DNA of 62,992 nt, the filler included, from Octopus bimaculoides (Eukaryota): the NCBI RefSeq assembly GCF_001194135.2. It is 3 parts of 3 records of this genome, joined end to end, with 100 filler letters (N's around TTAATTAATTAA, not from the genome) between each part and the next. Parts side by side here need not be neighbours in the genome. Positions count along the whole stretch, not along the records: positions 27,961 to 41,427 come from NC_068988.1; positions 41,528 to 62,992 come from NC_068998.1; 1 more part is not named here. One strand, given 5' to 3'. Within the stretch, counting starts at the first letter, position 1. Every line of letters begins with the position of its first letter. The notes beneath the pieces were generated by a model. It had not been told where the DNA came from. It was given only the letters and a program-made list of their open reading frames with translations, and ran no database searches. The position numbers and the translations under genes are program-made. Positions 40,042 to 52,566 of this stretch are shown piece after piece.

Positions 40042-40684
40042 TAATAGTGAAACTTCAAACTCCGGTGCGCTTTACNNNNNNNNNNNNNNNNNNNNNNNNN
40101 NNNNNNNNNNNNNNNNNNNNNNNNNNNNNNNNNNNNNNNNNNNNNNNNNNNNNNNNNNNNNNNNNNNNNNNNNNNNNNNNNNNNNNNNNNNNNNNNNNNN
40201 NNNNNNNNNNNNNNNNNNNNNNNNNNNNNNNNNNNNNNNNNNNNNNNNNNNNNNNNNNNNNNNNNNNNNNNNNNNNNNNNNNNNNNNNNNNNNNNNNNNN
40301 NNNNNNNNNNNNNNNNNNNNNNNNNNNNNNNNNNNNNNNNNNNNNNNNNNNNNNNNNNNNNNNNNNNNNNNNNNNNNNNNNNNNNNNNNNNNNNNNNNNN
40401 NNNNNNNNNNNNNNNNNNNNNNNNNNNNNNNNNNNNNNNNNNNNNNNNNNNNNNNNNNNNNNNNNNNNNNNNNNNNNNNNNNNNNNNNNNNNNNNNNNNN
40501 NNNNNNNNNNNNNNNNNNNNNNNNNNNNNNNNNNNNNNNNNNNNNNNNNNNNNNNNNNNNNNNNNNNNNNNNNNNNNNNNNNNNNNNNNNNNNNNNNNNN
40601 NNNNNNNNNNNNNNNNNNNNNNNNNNNNNNNNNNNNNNNNNNNNNNNNNNNNNNNNNNNNNNNNNNNNNNNNNNNNNNNNNNNN

Positions 40685-40718
<34 letters not shown>

Positions 40719-41003
40719 GTATATTTGAAAAATGAGAAAAAATTATATATATCTAACGTGCATACATACACATATACAGAATATGATTGTAAGATAATAG
40801 CTGATGCTGAGAACTGTTGAGCCGTCAGAATGTCAATATTTCAATTATCATTTATTTATTTCAAGCTAATTATTTTAATATTGATGTCACTAAATGTCAT
40901 GTGAAATCTTTCCCTGTATGTATGTATTTATGCTTGTCATAATATACAGATGGACACAATCATGTATATAGTTTTGCGCTTATATATGTTTCTACTATAT
41001 ATG

Positions 41004-41045
<42 letters not shown>

Positions 41046-41082
41046 TATGCATATATATGCATATATATGTATATGTATGCAT

Positions 41083-41113
<31 letters not shown>

Positions 41114-41396
41114 CACACACACATATATATGTATATGCTTGTGTGTCTTTGTTTGTCCCCCACAATCACTTGACAGCCAATGCTGGTGTGTTTATGTCAC
41201 CGTAATTTAGCTGCTCGTCGATAGGGTCGATAAAATAAGTACTAGGTTTACAAAGCATGTCGTGAGGTCGATTTGATCGACTAAAGACGTTGCTCCCACA
41301 TGGCCGCAGTCATGAAGACTATATATAAATGCATATACGTGTGTGTGTGTGTGTGTTTTTGCGTAAATAGATATACTCACGCACACACACAGACAC

Positions 41397-41427
<31 letters not shown>

Positions 41428-41560
41428 NNNNNNNNNNNNNNNNNNNNNNNNNNNNNNNNNNNNNNNNNNNNTTAATTAATTAANNNNNNNNNNNNNNNNN
41501 NNNNNNNNNNNNNNNNNNNNNNNNNNNTACATACATATATATATATACATATATATATAT

Positions 41561-41591
<31 letters not shown>

Positions 41592-41624
41592 CATACATAC
41601 ATATCTTCTATTATTTTTCTATCG

Positions 41625-42003
41625 TTTACTTCTTTCGGTCATTTGACTGCGGCCATGCTGGGACACCACGTTGACAGGTTTTATTCGATCAAATCGACCC
41701 CAGGACTTTTATTAAACTTAGTGCTTATTCTATCAGTCTCTTTTGTCAAACAGCTAGATTACAGGGACGTAAACACACCAACACTGGTTATCAAACTGTG
41801 GAGGGGAGACAAACAGACATAGAAACACACACATAAATATATACATACATATATATATATATATATATACGACGGGCTTCTTTCAGTTTCTATCTACCAC
41901 CAAATCCACTCACAAGGCTTTTGGCGGCCTGTGACTATAGTGGAAGACACTTTCCCAGGTGTCACACAGTAAGACTAGACCTGGAAGCTTCTTGCCACAC
42001 ATC
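41625..42003 (-). mobile_element. SINE family 1, near full length
   Basis: Reverse complement of the 2569-2960 family, with an internal (CA)/(TA) tract at 41825-41870. Confidence 0.85.
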
Positions 42004-44329
42004 CACGCTTGCCCTATATTTACTGATATAAGTTGGGGTATGCCTATACATATATATATGTTTATATATTTATGTATATGTGTGTCTGTGTGTGCCCACG
42101 CGCCTACTTATGCCAATAATTGGTTCCAAGTTCCAAGACATCCGTCATAACACGTAAATGTTATTAGTTTATGTGCATTTCGTAAATGGTTTGCACATAA
42201 TTTCAGTTGTATTTCGTTTAATTTTCCACTCCGGTATTTGATTTTACGTTTATTTTTAATTTTTATTCTTTTAAATATGTTCGCTGAGACCGACGTAAAG
42301 TCGGAAAAATTAACTGATGTTAAGGCTCATTTTTATATTTTTTCATTAAGTTCTTGAAAAAACAAGAAGTCGAAAAATACATAACGCGAAACGACGTAAG
42401 CTGAGGTATATATGCCCGTATAAATTTATTTATCCAATACTGTAGTCTGGAGTTTACACGGTGTGTCACCGATTCTACAAACATGTAACAAGAAAGAACA
42501 TGCACATGTCATACATATAACACCTCTTAGTATATATTTGTGTCCAGGGGCGAGTGAGTCAGTGCGCACGCCCGAATTTTCCTTATGACAAATGCATAGG
42601 AACCTTTGTCCAGTAATTCATGAGTACCCTTCTCGTTTTAGCTGTTGTTGTTGTTGATGTTGTTGGTGTTTTCATTGTTTGCTAATTATTACTGCTGTTA
42701 CTTTCCGACTCTTTAGGTTCTGAGTTCAAATTCTGCCGAAGCCAACTTTGCTTCTCATCCTCCCAGTACCAGCCATGTGCTGGGACTGATATAATCGTCT
42801 AGCCCCTTCACCAAAAATTTTAAATGAACAATTATTACTACTACTACTATAAACTAGAGTGTATTTTGCACCAAAATCCAATATGTGAGTTTCTTTCGTG
42901 GTAACTGTCGCAGTGTAGTTTGTTTTAACACAACATCCACGTTCAAGTAGAGATAAATATAACCTCTTGGTATTAATACTACATCTTTCGCTTATAAATA
43001 CTATTACTGTTATCATCATCATTATTATTTTTTTATCATTCTTATTACTTCTGTTGTTGCTATCCATGCCAATATACAGTTTTTTCGTCCGCACAGCCTC
43101 CACCAATGCAGTGGTATAAAGTGCGTTTTTGCCCAGTCTCCCTTATCTGAAGAAGGGATACCATGTCATAAAAATCCCATAGTACAGGCCACTGGGTCGG
43201 CATAAGTAAATTACTATACTCTACGTCTGTAATGAGTTTTCTTTCTTTAGATCGTTACCCAACAAAGGGTGAGTATGAGTTTGCGTGCGTGCGTCACAGC
43301 ATGGCCTAGTGATTAAGAATTTTGTCTCGCAACGTCGAGATACCGGTTTCGTTTCCACTGCGTAACATTTTGAAATATTTTTGGGGTGGGGAGATTTTCT
43401 TTTCCCTTGAGTCGACCTATTCTTTGTGAGTGGAATTGTCTGCAAGGAAGCTATATAGAAGTTTGTCGGGTGGGTTGTAACTGTAATTTAAAAGGTACAG
43501 CAAAACCACATATTGTGTCATGCTGATTTTGCCCGATAAATACATTAAAGGTACACACCACGCGTCTGTGAAAAGCTCAGACACTGACAAATTAACTCGG
43601 GATCAGGTAATTCAGTTCATGAAACAACTGAATCCTCATCGATGAACGAGGGAGATCGATCACCATACTGAGAGAATGTAGAGAGAATATAAACACACAC
43701 ACACATATATATGGATGGTCATATATTTTGGATAGACATCTTTACACATATTATACAGGAATTTAACTTTCTTTTATCTTTTACTTGCTTCAGTCAAGTA
43801 AAAGTGAAACAAATCGATTTCAGGAATTTTTGAAACCTTAGTACTTATTCTATCGGTCTCTTTATGCCAAACCACTAAGTTATGTATATGTATGTCTACA
43901 TAGTACCTTGAATGTACAAGACAAACAAAGCAAGGAAAAATATCTTCTCTTAGCAAAGTAATGACAATGCCTCCTGTGCCTTACCAAGAAATATATAATA
44001 CATTAGAAAACTTAAGATACTTATGAAAGATTTATGTGGAAGCTAGATTATCCTGAACATTGCAAAGTACATATTGATGTATTTTGCAATCTGCATACAT
44101 TCTTAAAGTGTTTATTTGTTGAAAGCTTTCCTAAACTGTGATACTCGTCTTAAGAAAGTATCTCTTATAGACATATAGTGCTAACAACACTGAAAAGCAT
44201 CGGCAGCAAGCAAAGGTTGCCCAGCATTGGTGATGGAAATGTTGGACTTAGATTTCTGCTTTTTAACTTCTTCAGCAGTAAATTGCCTCATATCAAATAA
44301 ACATCATCTGCAAGCTGATTTAGTAGGTT

Positions 44330-44540
44330 TCAAATTTTTGTACAAGACCAGCCAGTTCAGGGGAGGAGGAAAATCAATTATGTCTACTCCAGTCCTAAAC
44401 TGATTCTTATTTTATTGATCCTGAAAGAACGAAAGGCAAAGTCAACCTCGATTGTATTTGGACTCAGAACATAAAGACGAACGAAACATGGCTAAGCATT
44501 TTGCCTGGTGTATTAATGATTCTACAAGCTAACCACCTTG
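44330..44540 (-). mobile_element. SINE family 2, degenerate
   Basis: gaaaggcaaagtcaacctcg...gactcagaac...gctaagcattttgcc. Confidence 0.75.
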
Positions 44541-45104
44541 AAGCTGATATAGTTAGACAGTAATTGAAAGATGCCTGATGTTCCATTTCAATGACAAGAT
44601 GAACAGGAATTCATTATTAGTAACAGAAGCATTCTTAGTTCAAAATTAGTGATCTGCATGCAGACAGAGTAGGTACGATGAGCAATTACTAGACTGCAGT
44701 ATTCGAATTGAGAAGGTATCTCTTATAGAGGCATAGAATTAAAACCACTATCGATGCATTTATTCAGTGTACCTAACAATAGACAATAACAAATTAGTTG
44801 AGGCTATACATTTGTATATGCTGTATATGTTGTAAACAGCTTTTGTTTAAAACATGTTGTATTGAAAAAATTGTCCAAGTTTTAATTGTCTTTTTAGTAA
44901 GCTTTTATCAATGCCAAGTCATCAAGAAGAGACTATGAAATCCTGGAAACTGTGATAATGGATTTTGGAAAATGTATTGTTAAAAATAAGCTGCAAGTAA
45001 TTCCTTAGCTAGAAAAACTCTTAAAATTATATTGTGTTTACAGTATAACATGCATAAAGACACACATACGTACGTGTATGTTTATGTCTGTATGTATTAT
45101 CATT

Positions 45105-45420
45105 ATTATTTAACGTTCGTTTCCCATGCTAACATGGGTTAGACGGTTTGACTGGAACTGGTAAGCTGCACTAGGCTCCAATCTGTTTAGGCTTGGTTTC
45201 TATGGCTGGGTGCCCTTCCTCATTCCAACCACTCCACAGAGTGTACCAAGTGCATTTTAAAGTATCACTGGCATGGGTACCTTTAACGTGTTACTGGCAC
45301 TGGTGCCTCTAACATGTCACTGGCATAGGTGCCTTTTATGCATCATCAGCTTGGGTGCCTCTAGCATGTCACTGGCATGGGTTCCTTTTATGTGCAACTA
45401 GCACAGGTGCTATGTATGTG
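45105..45420. mobile_element. Dispersed repeat with RTE-3'-end-like motif and internal ~27-bp minisatellite
   Basis: tttcccatgctaacatgggtt.gacggtttgac...ggtgcccttcct is shared with 54975, 60520 and 60835. It is followed by gtcactggcat.ggtgcc-type units. Confidence 0.65.
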
Positions 45421-46284
45421 TGGCTTAAGTTATGTGTATAGTTCTTTCATGGACCAAAATGTATAGATTCATACACATGCTATTTGAAATATTTTCATTT
45501 TACTCATCAACTATCGAGATTTTTACTTCTTTCAGGCTTATACTTCCATTCAAAACAATACTATTATTTCACCCTCAATACTATGAATTATTATTTTTCA
45601 CAATATTAGCAATGCAGGAAATACCAATTTCCCAATTATCACACAACGGTTGATAAAAAAGATTTCCATTAGCATAGAGGAATCAATACACAAATTTATG
45701 ACAATTATATCTGCATAACAAAATAAAAGTAACACTTCCATAAACAAATTTACATTCAAAACGAAAATGGAACTAAGATAATCATCGATGATATTTTTAT
45801 TTAACAATATGCAATTAATATTTATTAACAATAAATTAGTCCACAAGTTATGTTGTTGTTCTTGTTGAGCTCAGGTTAACTTAAACTGAGAGCTGTGATC
45901 AAAGTGTTCCAGCTTTGCCTTTGCTGTCTTTTTAGAAGTGTGTCTACGACTATATTATTTGATATCTACCTTAACTTTTTTCCAAACAATAGGGGGTGTG
46001 TGAGTGTATGTGAGTGATTTACAGGAGGTTTAACTGCTATTTCTAACAGATTGGATAGCCACATATTCCTCGTATTGGCTCAGTTGGAATGTTTCTTTTT
46101 ATTAAATTAGAAAATAAAAATAAAATATAGGTTCAATCATGCCTGTGTGGTAAGAAGTTTGCTTCCCTACCACATCTTTCTGGGTTCAATCCTGTTGCAT
46201 GTCACCTTGGGCAACTGTCTTTAGCTAGCCTCCTGTTGACCAAAGCCTTGTGAGAGGATTTGGTAAACAGAAACTACAAGCAGC

Positions 46285-46499
46285 GATCTAGCAGAAACGT
46301 TAGCACGTCGGGCGAAATGCTTAGCAGTATTTCGTCTGCCGTTCCGTTCGGAGTTCAAATTTCGCCGAGGTCGACTTTGCCTTTCATCCTTGCGGGGTCG
46401 ATAAATTAAGTACCAGTTACGCACTGGGGTCGATGTAATCGACTTAATCCCTTTGGTTGTCCCCTCTGTGTGTAGCCTCTTGTGGACAATAAAGAAATA
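46285..46499 (+). mobile_element. SINE family 2 inserted into a family 1 SINE, with a 16-bp TSD
   Basis: AGAAACTACAAGCAGC at 46269-46284 and 46500-46515. Confidence 0.9.
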
Positions 46500-46538
46500 A
46501 GAAACTACAAGCAGCTTGTATATATTCATATCTATGCA

Positions 46539-46696
46539 TGTAAATTGCTGTGCAAGAGTACGACGCCCCCTGGCGAGAGAAGACTGGACCAATACATATA
46601 AATAGTAGCGGTCTGCGTTGGATTGCTGGTTCTCAAACGATTTTTGTCACGTTCCCTGTGGTTCCTGCCGGTTGTTTCGATTATATCGTTATTGCA
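46539..46696 (+). repeat. Putative 5' LTR (TG...CA) of the Ty3/Gypsy element, followed by PBS-like TGGCAGTG
   Basis: Starts TGTAAA and ends TTGCA. TGG at 46698 lies just upstream of the gag ATG (46753). No second LTR is present to confirm it. Confidence 0.5.
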
Positions 46697-46752
46697 CTGG
46701 CAGTGTATTAGTTTATCCAAACTCACATTGGTTATTTGACAATTTCTGAGTC

Positions 46753-48450
46753 ATGGAAAACCTATTAGCCGCTGTAGTACAACTTCAAGAGAAGCAACAG
46801 GAACAACTACAGGAGTTGCAAAGATAAATACAACAACAACAACAATTAATTGAGTTACAGTTGGTCAAGTCCGAAAATCCAGTAAGCTCATTTACGCCAG
46901 ACAGCGTGGCTAACGCAATTTTTGAATTTACGTATAATCCGGAGGAGGATATTAAGTTTCCCGCGTATTACAGAAGATACGAGGAAATTTTTAACAACGA
47001 GTGCAAGTCATGGTTGGAGGAGCAGAAAGTAAAGCTTTTACTACGCAAGGTAGCCCCTGCCGAACATGAACGTTACTGTAACTTTATTCTGCCCAAAAAG
47101 TCGATTGAGATTGGCTTCCAAGAAACCGTGGAACTGCTTTCAAAATTTCTTTGTGATAGCAATTCATTATTCAACACCAGAATTGAGTGTTGGAAATAAC
47201 AAAAAATGAGTAGGATTTTATCACCTACGCCGGAGTAGTCAACCGTATGTGCGAAAATTTCAAACTCCAGGATCTCATTCAGGATATGTTCGAATCATTT
47301 ATCTTCGTGCAAGGACTTATAGCACCTGAAGATACAGAAATTCGGGCAAGGATTCACTCGAAAATGGCTCAAGCGAACCAGGATTTATCCTTATAGACCA
47401 TGGCAGAAGAATGTCAGACTATGATAAATCTTAAACATGCTGTGGAAAAAATACACGATAAAGACTGGAAGAATTCAAATGTGTCGTCCCAGGAAGCACA
47501 ATCAAAAATCGTCTATGGTTGTGGAGGCCTACACTACAAAAAGGATTGTCCGTTTAAAAATAAAAAGTGCTATAGTTGCCAGAAGCTGGGACACAGGCGT
47601 CCTCGCTGTAGCACAAGACTACGAGGCTCAAACACAAAAAGTTCTAAGGTTTTTTTTCAGCGGAGAGATTGCGACAGTAAAACAAGAAAATTTGTGCACG
47701 TAAAAATAAATGATGTGAATATCAAATTACAGTTAGACACACGTAGTGACATCTCGATCATAAATGCGAATACTTAGAAACATACCGAGATTGCGTAAAA
47801 CAGCGAAAATAGCGCGCAGTGTAACGGGTGATAAATTCTATTTCATGGGCAAAACATGTAACGACTTCACATTTCGAAAAGAGACAGGCGAAGCTAAAAT
47901 ATTCGTTGTGGCTAATGCAATCAATCTGTTAGGCACAGATTGGTTAGAACTATTTGATTTATAATGCCTTCCCATAAATCTTTACTGGAATAACATAAAT
48001 GGTTGTCCTGTTAAAAACAAGTCTTCGGACGAACTGAAGAGAAAATTGTAATAAAATGTTCCCGCAAGTGTTATCAGAGGATTTAGGTCTATGTAGAAAG
48101 ACGGAAGCCTATTTCCAAGTAAGTGAAAATGTTGTACTTGTATTTAAAGCAAACAGAAAAGTATTGTTCGCGGCAATTGAAACCGTAAATGAATAGTCGG
48201 ACAGACTCGAAAAGAGTGGAGTCATCAAAAAGGTAAATTACTTAAAGTGGGCGGCACCAACGGTATGTATTTTTAAAAAAAAACAATACAATTAAGTTAT
48301 GTGCAGATTTCTCTACAGGAGTGAACGGCTGCTTTAAAACATATACTATCCACTCCCGATTGCAGAGGATATTTTTTCGAAGTTAAACGGTGGAAAAATG
48401 TTCTCCAAATTAGATCTGTCTGAAGCCTATTTACAGATAAAAGTAAATGT
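46753..48450 (+). mobile_element. Mag/K02A2.6-like Ty3/Gypsy retrotransposon, gag-protease-RT(N-term) pseudogene, 3'-truncated
   Basis: Gag FEFTYNPE..FPAYYRRYEEIF..KVKLLLRK..EHERYCNFILPK. Two zinc knuckles GCGGLHYKKDC / CYSCQKLGHRRPRC. Protease LDTRSDISII. RT KWAAPTV, LCADFSTG and FSKLDLSEAYLQI. Many stops. Confidence 0.92.
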
Positions 48451-49639
48451 GTGTATACTCGGCCAATAACCCCAGTCTTAAACAGAACCGAAATCATTGA
48501 AAAAGTTTTCTATAAACATATAAATATTATTACGATACAATATTATCATTTTCCACGCACACACACACGCACATATATATAAACATACACACATACATAC
48601 ATAGACATAGAAACAGGCATACGCACACACACACGCGTGTGTATATATATAAATATATATATATATATTAAAAATAAATGATTACACCGAAGTAGCAATA
48701 CTATACAATACTAAGACCAACACATGTACCGATTAGTAATCCTTGCAATTGCAACCCTACTATAGAACGGTGCAGTTTCTTCAGAGTGTTAACTTGATAT
48801 CCATTGGTACGGCTGTTTAATGATTTTCCTTTATAATTTAGAGCTGCGTTGTATAATTTAGAGCTGTCCGTTAAGTCAGACGCGAACAGTCTCTATTTCA
48901 AGTTTTTATTCGATAATTATTTTCAGTCAATCATTTCAAAACCTTGTATAGTTTAAATGATTATTATTCATTTATACTTCACAAATGGGTATTTCTTCAT
49001 GTGCAAGCATCTCAATGCTTGCTCCTGTCTAGAATTTATTACATTACCCTCGCATGTGAAAACTCTTTAAAATTCTTCCAAACATAAGTCGTATCTATAT
49101 GTTCCACGTCTGTATTGATTTGCAGTTCAAATTAATTTCCATTTAATCGTATAGTTCTTGTTACTGTCCTTAACAGACCAGATTAATTTGCTAAGACTCA
49201 TTTGGAACCTTTTATTTTTGTCTTTGAATTAACTCAAACGATTTACCAGTCTCCGCTTGAAAATTAATGATGTGCCACCGATTTAAAAGAATTCCTTACC
49301 CTCAGATGTAACTATACATCTATATATTACATTTTTAGTTTTACACTTATTCTCCACATAACAGGATTCCCGTTAAAAACAATCGCAAAGATAGTCTTTT
49401 ATATTTCCCTGGAATTTAGTTTCAATTTGACCAGTCATTGTAGAATTAAATTCATTTCCACCAAGTTCTTTGTTACTATTTACTCCTTTAGATAATGTTA
49501 TCTTTGTTTTATTTCTAGCTGAATTTTTATTCCATTTGACTTTATTTATGTTAAATTAGGTTGTTTCCCTTCCCACTACATTCAATTTCCTAACGTTCTC
49601 CTCTATTTGAATTTCATTATTCCGTTTGACGTTATTATG

Positions 49640-49875
49640 TTTCGAATTTATTATGCTATTCTGATTGTAATCAATTTTTAAAAATTTCTATATTAGTTTA
49701 ACATAATGTGATGCTATAATTTGTGCAATATTATGGCTGAGACAATTACCCGATCTAATCTTATGTTGATTAAAAATTTTGTGATATTTGTGGTTTCTTG
49801 AAAACTCGTTTTGAATTGCTATATTAAGCAATTTGGAAAAATTGTAATTAGCTTTTGTATCTGTGTTTGTGCTCC
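49640..49875 (-). mobile_element. Penelope-like relic (region between RT and GIY-YIG)
   Basis: FSKLLN....EFSRNHKYHKIFNQHKIRSGNCLSHNIAQIIASHYVKL resembles the PLE motif FL.L.DKHFP..H...KIFNR..VK.SYSCM.N...II.SHN.K. Confidence 0.55.
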
Positions 49876-49904
49876 ACATGCTTGACAGGTGTGTTTACAT
49901 CCTT

Positions 49905-50070
49905 GTATTGGTGTGTTTACATCCCTGTATGATACCCGTTGAGCAAAAGACACTGATAGAATAAGTACTTGGCTTTAAAAGCAAACATACTGGGGTCGAT
50001 TCGTTCAACTAAAATTCTTCAAGGTGGTGCCGCAGCATGACTGCAGTCTAACGACTGAAACAAGACAGAA
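49905..50070 (+). mobile_element. SINE family 1, 3' half
   Basis: ggtgtgtttac...gatagaataagtact...ctggggtcgattcgttcaactaa...gcagtc..gactgaaacaag. Confidence 0.8.
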
Positions 50071-51147
50071 AATAAAATACAAACAAATAATTAATTAAAT
50101 AAAAAGAGTGAAAATTGAACCTGCTGCTCTTTGCTAGCATCCTACTGCCTCACTGTTTTGTTTGCAAAAAGACACCATTCATCACAATGATTTTTAGCAT
50201 CATTAAGTTATATCATATATTTAGTGAATCATTTTGTAACATATTTATTTACTGAACAATGTTTTCCAAACAATGGTTTATAATCATTTTATGCATTCAA
50301 CATTTTTTTACTGATTATTTTGAACACAAATTCTATCGTTGCATAACAGCGTCTACAACATTGCAAATATTCAAACATGTGTACTTCAGATACATTTCAA
50401 TACAAATTTCTGTTTTAGATGTGTAGTTAGTCTTGTTCATGACGATTTCAGGCTTTATTTATAAATTTTCTTTTCAGTTGGACAGACGGACGCAGTGTGT
50501 ATGTATAAATGGTCTTCTATTGAGATATACTAACAATTATCATTTCTTGTTTCCAAAAATTGGTTGCATTTTTGTGCATAATGCTAACATTTTAGTATTA
50601 GTTCAGTCTTACAAAAGGCTTTTTGTAAAGATAAAAATCATTGATTATGAGTGACTGGAAAAACTAGGGTGTGTTTATTTTTGCTTGCATTCGTCTACAA
50701 TTAATTTTTTTTTTTTATGTGAGTAGTATATACAAAACAATAAACCAATTTGTGAACACAAGGAAAAAAATTTGAGAAAAATAACGCAATAAAAGTCCTT
50801 ATATTATGTTAGTTTATACAATTGAATACAACATTTATGACAATTTCATTTATTCTCTTTGCTTTATTGAGTTCAGTGTATAAATAGATGTGAAAGCAAA
50901 TTACATAATTGTTTGACCAAGTTTACATCACAAGTAACATTCATTCAAGATGCATGAAAGAATATCTATATGGTCACTAAATCTGCTTGTAGTAGCAGCC
51001 AAATCACCCTCAGTCCAGGTAACAATAAGTTATGCAATTCTAGATATAAAATGCATGTGAGAAGCAGGAAAGATCATGCCCATAAACTTTACATTGTAAG
51101 TTTTTTTCTGATTAAGTATAACCTGGACCTCAGCAACTCACAGAGTA

Positions 51148-51400
51148 TAATGAGGTGCTGAAAATTTCCTGTTTTAGGTAAAAGAAAATACAGGAAGATC
51201 AGTTAACTGTGATTTTATTCAGCATATTCCCCTCACAGATTCATACATTTATTGTAGCAGTCCTGCAGTCTTTCTAATCCCTGTAAAAGAACTCAGAAGG
51301 TTGATCCTCTAACCAGGCCTTTCATGATATCCTTAAAGCCAAGAACGTTTCGGTTTTCTTTCATTTACTTAGGAAGAGAAGGTTTTGAAATTTGATATCT
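51148..51400 (-). mobile_element. Mariner 3'-end fragment with TIR
   Basis: Minus-strand WLEDQPSEFFYR.LERLQDCYNKCMNL.GEYAE* across frameshifts. TIR-like taatgaggtgctgaaaatttcc at about 51148. Confidence 0.6.
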
Positions 51401-51668
51401 AAATACGTATATTTTTAACTCAGCGGGCTTGCAGAGAAAGCTTTTAGGAAATNNNNNNNNNNNNNNNNNNNNNNNNNNNNNNNNNNNNNNNNNNNNNNNN
51501 NNNNNNNNNNNNNNNNNNNNNNNNNNNNNNNNNNNNNNNNNNNNNNNNNNNNNNNNNNNNNNNNNNNNNNNNNNNNNNNNNNNNNNNNNNNNNNNNNNNN
51601 NNNNNNNNNNNNNNNNNNNNNNNNNNNNNNNNNNNNNNNNNNNNNNNNNNNNNNNNNNNNNNNNNNNN

Positions 51669-51699
<31 letters not shown>

Positions 51700-52566
51700 A
51701 TCTTTTGCAACCATACTCCCACTTCCTCTCTCAGCTGTAAGGTCCTTGTCTTGTGAGTTTGCGGATGTCGTATAAAAAGCCCTCATGCCAGTGCCACATA
51801 CACACTATCCGTGCTGCTTTCATTTAACAGCACTGGTGCCACGATAGAAACACGAACACTCTGTTAAATGCTTGACATTAAGAAGAGCATCTGTAACTGA
51901 TCTCCGACTTCTATGAACAAACGTATCAAACGTGATCCATACGAGATATAATGAGGGAACTAGTGATACTGGAATCTATTTTAAATCGATATCTACTCTT
52001 ACCACTATGTATCTGAAACGGCCGTAGGATATATACGTTAATTTTCACATTTGGATTTTGATTTGGACTTCTCCCTTCGAACTTTCTATATACTCTTGTG
52101 AGATCAAATATTAGCGCCTCTGATGCGACGAACGGATCTTGTATGTGCAAGAACTGATCTTGTATGATTTAAATATGTATTGTTTCAATGCGTATGTTTG
52201 CCTCTCATACCGAAATATTTATTTTACATGTATGTTTTTATGAAGCATTTAATGGACTGAATTTTTACATTTCATATACGGACTGATAACTCTGAATTTT
52301 GTCTCAAATCCAGTCTTCCATAATATTCCAATGGCCCAATTAACTTTGAGTAATAAATAGTTTTGCCATATACGGAGTATAATTCTCCCTACTCATATGT
52401 GTACACACGCACATATACGTATGTATATGCATATATATGAATCATATATATAGTTTACACAATGTGTGGTGTGTGTGTGTGTGTGTGTGTGTATGCATGT
52501 GTGTGTATTTACATTATGTATATTTTATTTAAGTTCTTAAGAGAGTTCAGCTAGTTGCTAACAAAA

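Noticed and set aside
42280-42310. Hairpin CCGAC-GTAAA-GTCGG after CTGAGA, superficially hammerhead- or Helitron-end-like
   Set aside because: The core is incomplete, there is no stem I/III or cleavage triplet, there is no CTRR end, and it is single copy here.
42150-42620. CpG-richer patches with AP-1/NRF1/E-box-like words as promoters (also about 19850-20140, 33960-34330 and 38900-39120)
   Set aside because: Short motifs occur by chance and there is no linked gene or TSS evidence.
43140-43185. CTGAAGAAGGG motif resembling the start of a PLE hammerhead
   Set aside because: No properly placed stem II/GAAAC partner follows.
44135-44760. Two similar short segments ending in gtatctcttataga (44135-44190 and 44700-44755), possible duplicated exons
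   Set aside because: The similarity is short, there are no convincing acceptors, and the peptides are unrecognisable.
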